Below, piece by piece: positions 27,401 through 39,413 of a stretch of 64,000 nucleotides of DNA; the first letter of the stretch is position 1, and each line of letters starts with the position of its first letter. Under the pieces are notes generated by a model. It did not search any database, was not told where the DNA came from, and worked only from the letters and a program-made list of their open reading frames with translations. Location of the stretch: the IMG/VR virus record IMGVR_UViG_3300031715_000002, positions 32,200 to 96,199 of that record; one strand, 5' to 3'. The position numbers and the translations under genes were made by a program. Source of the DNA: a virus.

Positions 27401-28780
27401 TTACTCAAAACTCAGCGCATCCGTATGTCGCTCGCGTTTGCCTTTCTTGGTTTCGGCCTTGGGTGGCTCGCCTGCAGGACCAGTTAGGCCAATCGACCCC
27501 ATGGTCTGCCACTTCGGGAACTCACCCGGCTCCTCGATGACGCGGTATAGCACACCCTCGTAGATGCACTCGGTACCCAGTTTCAGGTCATCCGGAGCGG
27601 GCATCTCGCCTTTGGCGTATGTGATGATCGGCGGTTTGCCAGATGCCGTTTCCTGGGGTTTCTGGGACGTTTGCTGGCCTGTTGGCTCCGGGGTGGCAGT
27701 AGAAGGCTTGGGTGCCTCCTGGGCAGGCTCAGCGGGCTTGGGAGTGGCGTCGGCGGCGGGCTGCGGAGCGCTGCCGGCCGGTTCCGTTTTCATGCGCACG
27801 GTATCGTCCTGCTGCTTTTTCTTTTGCGCTTCGATCTTTTCCAAGATAGCCAGTTTGGCGGCGGTGGGCTTCTCACCTTCCTCTGGCTGTTCGTTCAGCG
27901 CCATCACGTCTTTCCACGTGGCTACGCCTTCGCAGATGGCCATGTAGATGCCGCGGAGGTTCACGTACTCGCCGGGCGTGCTGGCGGACACCGGATGCCC
28001 TAAGTATCGCTCAATCATGGACGGCAGGATGCCCTTGTCCGCGAAGGCGTCAAGAATCTTTTTCTTGGTGCCCTCCGGGTCGCTCATCGCAGAATTGGCA
28101 AGCGTATCCCAGATCTTACGCTTCCACTCCTGTTTGTAGTGCGGCGGGAGCAACTTTTCGGCCAGCGTGCGGATGGCCTTGCTCACCGATGCTGCTTCCG
28201 ATTGGGAAACTTCGGCGTCCGTCGCCTGAATGATGTACACGGTATCGCCGTAGCTGTTCTCGCGTGTGGCAAGCGGCGTTTGGCCCTGTTTGATTTTCCG
28301 GCGCTCAACGGTTTTCGGAGTCGTGATGACCCGCCAATAGGCGTTATTGCTTTCGATATCCCAGACACCGACACGTGTTACGCGCTTTTGTTCGTCTTCT
28401 GCCAGCACAATGGTTTGCACGTCGATGTTGCCAGCCTCATAAATGACGGCCTCTAGGAATCTGATAGAGAATCCGGTGGGCCACTCTTCGGGAGCCTTCA
28501 GCAACCGCTCGCGTTTGTCTAAGTCGGCCCAACCTTCTGGCGCGCGGCTGATTGGCTTGACGTAGAGTGCTTCTGCGCAGAACTCGCTATCGCGGCAGAG
28601 CTTCATCATGTTCTGCCGCACGTCGTCCCATGAACGCCGGTTGCGGATGGCGACCATGATTCTGGCCTCGACCATGGCGCGCTCTTGCGCCGCCAGCGCG
28701 ACGGCTACTGGGTCTTGGTTCCTCGCCACTGCGTAATCATCGCGGCGGACGATATCGGTTGATTCTCGTAAAGGTGTCAT
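27401..28780 (-). CDS. putative single-strand annealing/recombination protein
   Basis: Directly downstream of the YqaJ exonuclease; GFSIRFLE, SKAIRT motifs; acidic Pro-rich tail. Confidence 0.55.
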   Translation of the reverse strand: MTPLRESTDIVRRDDYAVARNQDPVAVALAAQERAMVEARIMVAIRNRRSWDDVRQNMMKLCRDSEFCAEALYVKPISRAPEGWADLDKRERLLKAPEEWPTGFSIRFLEAVIYEAGNIDVQTIVLAEDEQKRVTRVGVWDIESNNAYWRVITTPKTVERRKIKQGQTPLATRENSYGDTVYIIQATDAEVSQSEAASVSKAIRTLAEKLLPPHYKQEWKRKIWDTLANSAMSDPEGTKKKILDAFADKGILPSMIERYLGHPVSASTPGEYVNLRGIYMAICEGVATWKDVMALNEQPEEGEKPTAAKLAILEKIEAQKKKQQDDTVRMKTEPAGSAPQPAADATPKPAEPAQEAPKPSTATPEPTGQQTSQKPQETASGKPPIITYAKGEMPAPDDLKLGTECIYEGVLYRVIEEPGEFPKWQTMGSIGLTGPAGEPPKAETKKGKRERHTDALSFE

Positions 28781-28789
28781 CTCTTCTCC

Positions 28790-29836
28790 CTACTTCCAGT
28801 TTCTTGGGCACAGCAACTTGCGCGCGCCATGCTTTGTAACTATCTGGCTTTGTGCCGCCAGTTGCTCGAACGTTTGCGCCCACCAGTCGGGATACGTTTG
28901 GTCCGCTACTAGCGCGTATCGCTTCAGTAGCTCAACCCGCCACCCCAACTCCCGCGCTACCTTTTCCCAGTCCACCCCAACGCTATCCGCATCCTTGCGC
29001 CACGTCACCTTGCCCAGGCTGCTATTCAGGCCGTCCGCATCGCCAATCAACTGCTTGACTTCATTGCTGAGCGATTCTTTCTCCTGTTCGGCGCGGTTGA
29101 ACTCGTCGCGCGCCAACTTCAGGCGCATCAGTAGCGCCTCTTCCTCTCCCGTGGCCTGCCGTAGCACTTCCACGTTGCGCGGGAATCGCTGCCTGAGATA
29201 TTCCTTGGCCGTCTCCGTACAGCCGATGGGCGGCGCTACGCGCGCCAGCACGTGCTCACGCCAGAACTTTTCGCACTCTTCCAGCAGCACCGCTTCCAAA
29301 TCGGCATCGAAGTGGATGCGGTAAATACGAAGATCATCAAGCCCGCAGATTGCCGCGGCATCGGACCATGGCAGGCCGGTTGTGGAACAAGCCCACTGCA
29401 ACTGAAGGCTCACACGGTCGGGTACCTTATCGGAGCCAGTCTCGCCCCATTCATAGGCCTGGTCCCAAGACACCGTTTTCGCATCAACCATCCCGAGCGC
29501 TTGGATTCCAGCGGCAGGCACATAAATCGGCGTGGCAGAAGACGCTTCGCTACTGATTACGAAAGCATCGGGGCTTACTACCTGCCATTCTCGGTCGGGA
29601 TGCCGGATGGTTTCATCGAACCAATAGCATTTACACCTACGCTCATCGCCGTACCACGCGACTACGCCACGTTCCAGGTATTTTCCGCGGCGCATTCTGG
29701 CGTTTGGCGGTTGCCGCTTTACTAGCCCCAGCTTATCGGCGTAAACTGAGAACCTGTCGCGGCGCGTATCTAGGCCAACGACGGCACACACATCACTGCC
29801 ACCAATTCCACGTGCGCGTATGCGATTGTCAATCAT
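28790..29836 (-). CDS. YqaJ-like viral recombinase exonuclease
   Basis: RARGIGGSD, GKYLE, SPDA, DAKT, QLQW, FWREHV. Confidence 0.9.
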   Translation of the reverse strand: MIDNRIRARGIGGSDVCAVVGLDTRRDRFSVYADKLGLVKRQPPNARMRRGKYLERGVVAWYGDERRCKCYWFDETIRHPDREWQVVSPDAFVISSEASSATPIYVPAAGIQALGMVDAKTVSWDQAYEWGETGSDKVPDRVSLQLQWACSTTGLPWSDAAAICGLDDLRIYRIHFDADLEAVLLEECEKFWREHVLARVAPPIGCTETAKEYLRQRFPRNVEVLRQATGEEEALLMRLKLARDEFNRAEQEKESLSNEVKQLIGDADGLNSSLGKVTWRKDADSVGVDWEKVARELGWRVELLKRYALVADQTYPDWWAQTFEQLAAQSQIVTKHGARKLLCPRNWK

Positions 29837-30069
29837 TTACTCCTCTTCCGCCTAACTGCCTGCCAACCGCTTCGCCACTCGAAACTTTCAGCGCTCGCAA
29901 GCGGATAAGGATTATCGAGCAATCGCCTTCCATCACGATTCGCTCGCATACCTGCTCTCTCTGCCTTTAGCAAGGCTCGCTCATGCGCTTGCTCGGCCTC
30001 CACTTGCTCATCCACCATAGCGATTACGCTGGCCCAGTCCACGCGCTCAAGAGATGAGGGGAAGCTCAT
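29833..30069 (-). CDS. hypothetical protein
   Basis: DNPYP...W-SGW motif. Confidence 0.6.
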   Translation of the reverse strand: MSFPSSLERVDWASVIAMVDEQVEAEQAHERALLKAERAGMRANRDGRRLLDNPYPLASAESFEWRSGWQAVRRKRSK

Positions 30070-30713
30070 TGCCTCAACCTCCACGCCAGTTTTGCCGCCA
30101 GCCGCGCATCGGCCAGTGCATCGTGCGCGCCATCAACCGGAATCCCCAGAAATTCGCATACCGTGGTTAGCTTTAGGTTGTTCGGCTTGTCTGCGCGGTC
30201 GAAGTACTTCCAGGCGGCCAATTGCAGGCAGTCCAACACGTGGTAGCTGCACGGAAAGAACTGATCACCGTACAACCGTCGTAGCCTCGGAAAATCGAAC
30301 GTCAGCGCATTGTAGCCAGCCAACCGCGCCATGCTGTACGGATTCCCCGTTCGCTTCGAGATCATCTCAATCGACCGGTATGGCTCCATCCACTTCGAGA
30401 ACTTGCGCACGGCATCCGCTGGCGGGATGGCTTCAGCCTTCCAGACTTCGCGGTCGTAGCCGTTCATCTTCAGCGCTTCGGGATCGGCATCGACTTCGTT
30501 GAATTGCAACTTGGCCTCAAACTGCGAGACTTCCGTGCCTGAATCGTCAACGGCAATTGCCGCCAACTGGATGTCCGGTTGCGTGTCAAGCAAGCCGCCG
30601 GTTTCGAGGTCGAAGAAAATGGTGAACATGTTTATCCAGCCAGAAGCACAGCCAAAAGTCTGGGCTTTCCGGATTTCGTTGTGTCGCTTCGTACATTGTT
30701 CGCTCTCATTCAT
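30066..30713 (-). CDS. DEDDh 3'-5' exonuclease (DnaQ-like)
   Basis: DLETGG, GYNALTFD, AHDALAD. Confidence 0.92.
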   Translation of the reverse strand: MNESEQCTKRHNEIRKAQTFGCASGWINMFTIFFDLETGGLLDTQPDIQLAAIAVDDSGTEVSQFEAKLQFNEVDADPEALKMNGYDREVWKAEAIPPADAVRKFSKWMEPYRSIEMISKRTGNPYSMARLAGYNALTFDFPRLRRLYGDQFFPCSYHVLDCLQLAAWKYFDRADKPNNLKLTTVCEFLGIPVDGAHDALADARLAAKLAWRLRQ

Positions 30714-30723
30714 TTAGTTCTCT

Positions 30724-31668
30724 CTACGGATTTTGCTGTGGCGGAACACACTCAAATCCGGTGTTCATACTGATCTGTTCCGGCTCCGCTACGAGTTCGC
30801 ATAGCGGCAAGACCGACTGCGATAACCGCTTGGCAGCGATCTCGCAATACTTCTCTTCAATCTCGATTCCGATGGCCCTTCGGTAGCACTGCTTTGCGGC
30901 CAGCAATGTGGTTCCGCTGCCCATGAAGGGGTCCAAGATCACGCCATCCGGCGCATGGCGCATGAGGGATGCCAACAAGGGCAACGGCTTACGGTGCGGG
31001 TGCTGGTTACGCCCCACGCATCCGTTACCCGTCCTAAATCGGAGGATCGAAAAGGAGCCATCATCTACCCGACGCCAGCCAGCCCCCCGCACGAAGATCG
31101 GCTCGTGGTTATAACGCCACGGCCCCCCGTTTAGGCCACCTTCAGCCTTATCCCAAACCAGCCTGTAATCCCAATCGCCCGGAGGCTCTGGTAGCCGTGG
31201 GGTTGAGAAGATCAGCATTGGCTTGTTGGTGGCACCGATAAGCCAATCACGCACCGCACAATCCAAGTCGTTAGCGATCACATCGCCGTGTCTGCCGTAG
31301 CTTCCCGCTAACGCCTGAAGGCCGTAGGGCGGGTCAGTGATGACGCAATCCACTTTTGGCAGATACGATAGGATTTCCTTGCAATCGCCGTGATAGATCG
31401 TGATGCCGTCTTCGTTGTAGTATGGCTTCAGCATGGCATCCCGCTCCCGTTGTAAAAGTTCACGTTCCGCTCTCCAGTCCAGTTCGCCCCACAGTGCGCC
31501 GAACTTATCCGGCCCGTCGTAGGCTTCACACCACGCAATCTCCCGGTCACATCGTTCGATTGCGGCGGCGTAGCTGGTAATCGGGATTGGCTTGCCCATA
31601 GCGTTGAATCCGCTATCGGCATCAGTCTCAATTTTGGATGGCCTCGCCTGTCCAAGAAATTCCGCCAT
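30724..31668 (-). CDS. DNA N4/N6 methyltransferase (intact), with N-terminal extension
   Basis: TDPPYG, HPHRKP, LDPFMGSGTT; catalytic domain begins at MLKPYY (about 31434). Confidence 0.92.
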   Translation of the reverse strand: MAEFLGQARPSKIETDADSGFNAMGKPIPITSYAAAIERCDREIAWCEAYDGPDKFGALWGELDWRAERELLQRERDAMLKPYYNEDGITIYHGDCKEILSYLPKVDCVITDPPYGLQALAGSYGRHGDVIANDLDCAVRDWLIGATNKPMLIFSTPRLPEPPGDWDYRLVWDKAEGGLNGGPWRYNHEPIFVRGAGWRRVDDGSFSILRFRTGNGCVGRNQHPHRKPLPLLASLMRHAPDGVILDPFMGSGTTLLAAKQCYRRAIGIEIEEKYCEIAAKRLSQSVLPLCELVAEPEQISMNTGFECVPPQQNP

Positions 31669-31835
31669 TATCGGTCTCCCTTAACCCTTGGAAGTCCAGC
31701 CCTGAGAGCAAGCACGATGATGTCTCTCTTCGGCAATTGCCTGTCGATGCTCACATGCTCAATCTCGCAGTTCAGATCGGCAGGAACCCTCACCCGCAAT
31801 GTTAAAAACCTGCCAGGCTCTCTTGGCTTACTCAT
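31668..31835 (-). CDS. ribbon-helix-helix repressor-like protein
   Basis: TLRVRVPADL beta-strand followed by two helices; first gene of the early operon. Confidence 0.7.
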   Translation of the reverse strand: MSKPREPGRFLTLRVRVPADLNCEIEHVSIDRQLPKRDIIVLALRAGLPRVKGDR

Positions 31836-31840
31836 GCTCG

Positions 31841-31875
31841 TTACCGTTTTTACCACCATTACCGCTTTGTGTCAA
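31841..31875 (-). promoter_or_regulatory. early promoter with triple GGTAA direct repeat
   Basis: TTGACA-17-TAAAAA; GGTAA x3 at 9-bp spacing. Confidence 0.6.
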
Positions 31876-31905
31876 GAAATAATTTCCGCCATCCACAAAA
31901 CACTA

Positions 31906-31933
31906 CGGCCCGGCTCCTCTCGAAACCGGGCCG
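31906..31933 (-). terminator. putative terminator of the late operon
   Basis: CGGCCCGG/CCGGGCCG stem followed by TAGTGTTTTGT. Confidence 0.5.
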
Positions 31934-31964
31934 CAAGTTGATAACTCGTAGTTATATCTATGAG

Positions 31965-34181
31965 TTATGGCAGCAATTCCTGATAATCCTTGTAAATCTG
32001 CAATCGCGGGTCATCAGGCGCAAGCACATGCCGGTCCTGGTATGGCGTCATTCTCTCCGGCGGCGTGTCCTTCTTGAAGCCCCCGGCGAAGTGCATCACC
32101 CGCAGGAAGTCGCCGTTGACAGTGTAGTCTTTGGGATATCCACCGTGATCCCAACATTCGATTGGCTTAACGTCGCGATCACAGATATTCCAGAAAGCGA
32201 CATTATAACCGGGATGGCGTAGGAGTCTCGCTCTCGGATCGAAGTCCAGCGCGTACCGCAGCCAAGACTGCTCGCTGTAAAGATGCTTCGCAGGGTCGAT
32301 TTGTGGGTAGGCCGCCGTCTGGTTTCCCCACCAGCGGATGAATGGGAGCGCCGCTGGCGTGGCCGCGAAGAAACCGCTGTTGTAGTTGCCCGCAAGGTTT
32401 AGGCACTCCTGCATCCGTGGCCATTTGCCATCATCGGGATACGGGACCATTGTGTGTGGCGTCACCAGCATGGATGCGCCGGCCGCTATTTCGCGCTCCA
32501 CTTCGACAAATGGGCCGTAGGTGTACGTGTCGCCATCGAGGAAAACCGCAATATCGAAGCCGCGCGCTTCCAGTGCGTATTGCATGATGCGCGGGCGCCC
32601 GACGACACCCCAGATTTTCAGGACATCAGAAAGCCCCAAGTCGGAGGGATTGAGGACATGGTCAAAGATCCCGCCATACTCAGACTTTGCTGCGTCAGTT
32701 AGCAGAACTGCGAAATACTTTGGATTACATCGCTGAGCCGATTCGGCTGCCAGCATCGTCTGCGGCAGAAACTCCTTGCTGGAGATGAAGCATAGGCACT
32801 TTCTTACTGATAGCTTCTTGGTATCCGCTGGTGGCGTGTCTTTACGGGACTGAGTTGGAGTGGCCGGCAATGACGGCAGGGAATGTCCGACTTCTGTCAT
32901 GCGCGGATCGGGTACCCAGGCCACTGGCCCAAGAGGGATAGTGGCCCCATTGGTATCACATCCCTCTACATCTAGTTCCCTCCATTTTTCGGCCCAATCG
33001 GCGATGGGGATTTTCTTGATGACTTCCGCGAAATGCCTCTCACCGTCTTCAAGGTACTTCGGATTCTTTGGCTCGTAGCACAGGGCTTCCTGCCAGTGCT
33101 TCGTCGATCCTTCCTTATCTCCCAACCACCACAGGCTGGCGTACAGCATCTCGTGAGGCACTGCGCCGTAGTGCCTCAGGTTGTTCATGTAGTAGCCCAC
33201 GAGCGGCACCGTCAAACTGGCCGCCGCATAGGCCGCGCACTGCCCAGCGTGCCCCGGCTTGGTGTAGTAGTACTCTGCGAGTCGGATCAGCGCTTCCCGC
33301 CGCGTGGGGTCCTTTGCGAATGCGCGATGCCAGCACTCCAAGGCTTGCTCATCGTCCCCGAGCTTCTGGCAGCACTCCCCGATGTAGATGAGCGATTGCG
33401 CTTGCTCAATTGGCCACGCCGGCATTTCGATATGCCGCTGAAACTGGCAGATTGCCGAACGATAGCGCCCACTGAACATCAATTCTCGCGCAAGGTAATG
33501 CGTGTTGCGGTCGTTGTTCGGATTGAGTCTGAGGTCCACCATTAGTCCTGGCAGGTCGCTTGCGTGCCCCTGGTGCTGCGGGTGGTGCTCCATCGAAAGC
33601 ACCGATTCCGGCGCGCGCTTAATCTTCGCGGCATTGCCAACAGGATGCTCGTGGATAAAGTTCACCCACCTGACTTTGCGTCGGTCGTAAAAGCGTTCCC
33701 GGTCAAACTGGATCAGCGGATTGCCGTACTCATCGCTGCTGTAGACGTAGTTGCACAGGATTTGCTCAGTATCTGGCTGTGCAATCATTTGCTCCAGCGC
33801 GTCAATGTCGAAGTGCGGCAACGTTTCATCGCAATCCGGCATAAAGATCCAATTGTTCGATGCCTGCTGTCCTGCAAAGTTCCGCGCTGCGCTGTAATCG
33901 AAGAACCGATCACCAGCCTTGATTGCTGGCGGTTCACCTTTCACAATAAAGCGATTGTTCAGGTCGTCGGCCTCATCTAGCAGCACGGTGTGCATAAACT
34001 GCGGACCACCAGACAAGACATTAATGCAAGATTCTTCCGCCAGTTTCACAGTGCCATCTGTTGACCCAGTGTCCACGAGCACCACTTCGCCGCCGCGCTT
34101 GCGAAATTCCTTCAAGCACTCTAGCAGGCGCGGCAGCGTGGCCGCTTCGTTCTTGGCGATCATCACAACGGAGAAGTTCAT
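31965..34181 (-). CDS. GT2 glycosyltransferase + TPR repeats + second GT-A domain
   Basis: MIAKNEA, VDTGSTDGT, AARNFA, PDCDE, IHEHP; TPR-like helices; C-terminal FLDGD, YNSGF, EQSW, GYNVAFWN. Confidence 0.9.
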   Translation of the reverse strand: MNFSVVMIAKNEAATLPRLLECLKEFRKRGGEVVLVDTGSTDGTVKLAEESCINVLSGGPQFMHTVLLDEADDLNNRFIVKGEPPAIKAGDRFFDYSAARNFAGQQASNNWIFMPDCDETLPHFDIDALEQMIAQPDTEQILCNYVYSSDEYGNPLIQFDRERFYDRRKVRWVNFIHEHPVGNAAKIKRAPESVLSMEHHPQHQGHASDLPGLMVDLRLNPNNDRNTHYLARELMFSGRYRSAICQFQRHIEMPAWPIEQAQSLIYIGECCQKLGDDEQALECWHRAFAKDPTRREALIRLAEYYYTKPGHAGQCAAYAAASLTVPLVGYYMNNLRHYGAVPHEMLYASLWWLGDKEGSTKHWQEALCYEPKNPKYLEDGERHFAEVIKKIPIADWAEKWRELDVEGCDTNGATIPLGPVAWVPDPRMTEVGHSLPSLPATPTQSRKDTPPADTKKLSVRKCLCFISSKEFLPQTMLAAESAQRCNPKYFAVLLTDAAKSEYGGIFDHVLNPSDLGLSDVLKIWGVVGRPRIMQYALEARGFDIAVFLDGDTYTYGPFVEVEREIAAGASMLVTPHTMVPYPDDGKWPRMQECLNLAGNYNSGFFAATPAALPFIRWWGNQTAAYPQIDPAKHLYSEQSWLRYALDFDPRARLLRHPGYNVAFWNICDRDVKPIECWDHGGYPKDYTVNGDFLRVMHFAGGFKKDTPPERMTPYQDRHVLAPDDPRLQIYKDYQELLP

Positions 34182-34599
34182 CTGGTAAGCCTCACAGTAA
34201 AGGCCATCCGATTCCATCGCTCGGCGAATCTTGTCTTTGCCATTTCAACCATCTGCTCAAACGTATATTCACCTTCTGCGAAGTACGTACTGTTGCATCC
34301 GCCTCTTCGGTCCACAGAACGGTCCCAGAAGGACAGTGCCGTCCATCCCCCAAGATGGTGGAGCAAAGCGTCGCCCTCGACGCATCCGTACCCCATGGAC
34401 CAGTAAGACCGATTGAAGCGCGCACTTTCCCATCATCGCTCCAAGACCAGTAGATACTTGGGGCGAGTTGTGCTATGTGATGGCTTTTATGACCGCCTTG
34501 TAATCTACATTGAAAACGTCCTTCAGGACGATAACGTGAGAACTTGGCGTCGGCTGGTGTGAGGGCGGCGCAGCGTGCGTTATCCTGTTCTTGAGCCAT
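34178..34599 (-). CDS. hypothetical protein(s), possibly frameshifted (34192-34599 and 34178-34396)
   Basis: GGAGG RBS at 34599; the conserved-looking GWTALSFWDRSVD part lies in the other frame. Confidence 0.4.
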
Positions 34600-34697
34600 C
34601 GTTGCTCCCTCCTATGGAGCGTGCTGGCTGGCCGTGCCGGTGTTCTCGCATCGGCGCGGCCTTCAGGGAACAGGATACCACCAAAAGGCGGGATGGG

Positions 34698-36919
34698 CTA
34701 ATTGCCCAGAAAGAGGTAGTAATACGAAGTGCTGGCGGAGAGGCCAGTAAACGTTACCGAACTGTTTCCAGCGGCGTAGCCTACGGTACCGCCCGCTGCG
34801 CTGTGGACATCGGCGTAGTAGAGGCCAGTGAAAGCGTGGTTGAACGTCAACGTGCAACTGGTAACCGTGCCGCTACCGGTCGTAAAGAACCCTGTGGTGT
34901 CTGACCCGGTGACGCTCGCGCCGCTACCGCATGTGGAAATTGTTGGAGCCGCGCCAGTAGGCCACACGTGGTAGTTGTTCAGCAATTGCAGGATTGGATG
35001 CGCAAACCCACTCGGGAGAAATTCGATGCCTCCTACAGAACCCGCCATCTCGCGCATACCGGATGCGTTCCCGGTAGCAATGTCCTGCATTTGAACCGAT
35101 TGAGTGATGCCACTAGTTCCATTTGTGATGATACTCGGCGCAGCGAAAACCGGCTGGACGTTGTTGGTGGCGTTGAGTGCCGCCGTGAGGTACGGCAGGT
35201 CGGAAGCAGACGCAACGTTCAGCGTGGTCCCATTGTTCTGTGCGTGCTCATTACTAATCGTCAATCCGGCTACGCCTGCAACCTGATCGAAGCAAAACAT
35301 GTTCCCCGAATTGGCGTAGTCGTTGTTCATAAAGAACATCCACTCGGAGCCGTGGAACAGCCCAAAGAAACAGGCTGGCGTCGTGCCGCCAGCGAAACCG
35401 CCAGTCTCGTTATCGTGGAACTCGATATTGTCAGTAAAGTCCATGGCTCCGTTCAGGCCACCAGTGCCCGTACCGTTGCCTCCATTGAACATCCACGTGT
35501 TCGACACGCGAATGTTGGCCGCGTTGTGCGTATGGACTACCCCGGTCGCAAGGTATCCGCCGCTCGAATAACCGGATGGATTGTTGCTCATCGGACAAGT
35601 AATCTGCGTAGTACTCGTGACTGTCGCCAAGCACGCGCTGTTGTAGGCCGCTGGACTCGCCCCGTAGACCACAATCGGATACGTCAGCCCGCTTATCAGA
35701 CCATGAGCGGAACCCGTGTTGACTGTGAGAGTGCCACTCGACCAACTGGCTGAACTGATCGGCATATTGATGCCGCAACCATCAAACTTGCTGTGGTCAA
35801 TGTAGGTGAAGAACTCTGCGATGTTCGCGCCGCTCGCCCCAGGACCGTTGAGCAAGATTGCGTATGGCGAATAGTAGCAGTTCACCTGAAGGTTATTGAC
35901 GTAGAAGCCGCCCACGTCTCCAGTGCTCGATTTGACGATTTCCAGCGCTGCCCTGCCGGGGCCGTAGTTCACCGAGTACGCTGGCCATCCTGGACCTGAG
36001 ATGTGAGTGTCAAGTACATGGTTTTCTCCAGCCGTGGCAAATACAGGGCTGGCCGATTGATCTAGTTGCCAATAGATCCCGTCAATACCTTGACCTATCA
36101 GTTCATTGTTTCCGGAAATCCACGTCCCACCATCACTGGAAGCATAGATACCGTAGGAGCCGCCATAAACGCCAATATTGTGAACACGACCGTTCACCAC
36201 AAATTCAAGGTTGATGCCGGTCGTTACAGCGTCCGTAGAAACAAGATCAAGCAGGAAGTCGCTGAGGTCTGGACCGTTCGGTGGGTAGTTCGATGGGATG
36301 ACCGTTCCACCGCTGCTGTAGCCACCTGGATTGCTAGCCATCGCAATAGAAAACGTGGTGCTCGTGATGGCCGTGACAATGGAAAGTGCGCCCGGATTGT
36401 ACCCAGATGGACTCACGTTCTCAATTGCTACGTGCTGTCCGACGAATAGCGTGTGCGCTCCAATAGTGTACGTGGCTACGCTGCTGGCCCAACTTGCCGT
36501 AGTGACGGTATACTGCATCGAAACGTTGATTAGAGTGCCGCCAGTGACGCTAGCGTTTTTGCGCAATACGCTGTTGTTGCGCCCCGCCGCGCCGCCGAAA
36601 TGGATTGGCGTTTTGATTTGAAGCGCGGTAGCTGTACCGGAGCCACCAACGATGCTCACACCAGTGCAAAGCAGAACGTGGCCAGAAGAGTACGGCCCAT
36701 TGCCGATACCATAGGCTTCCGCTGCATTGATAGCCGATTGAATCGCTGATGTGTCATCGGTCGAGCCATCGCACTTCGCGCCGTAGGAGCGAACGTCAAA
36801 CCATGGTGTCAACCGGATTTCCGTAATCCAATTGATTTGGGTCAATTGGAAAGTGCAGAACAGGAGAGCAAATAGCCCCAACAGGAGACCAGCAATCCGG
36901 CGGGTTTTCTCTTTGTTAA

Positions 36920-36923
<4 letters not shown>
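34698..36923 (-). CDS. tailspike-like beta-helix protein (pectate_lyase_3-type N-terminus)
   Basis: [23 protein letters not shown]; Gly/Asn-rich body; two ~70-aa internal repeats; hydrophobic N-terminus. Confidence 0.8.
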
Positions 36924-39409
<2,486 letters not shown>

Positions 39410-39413
39410 AAGT

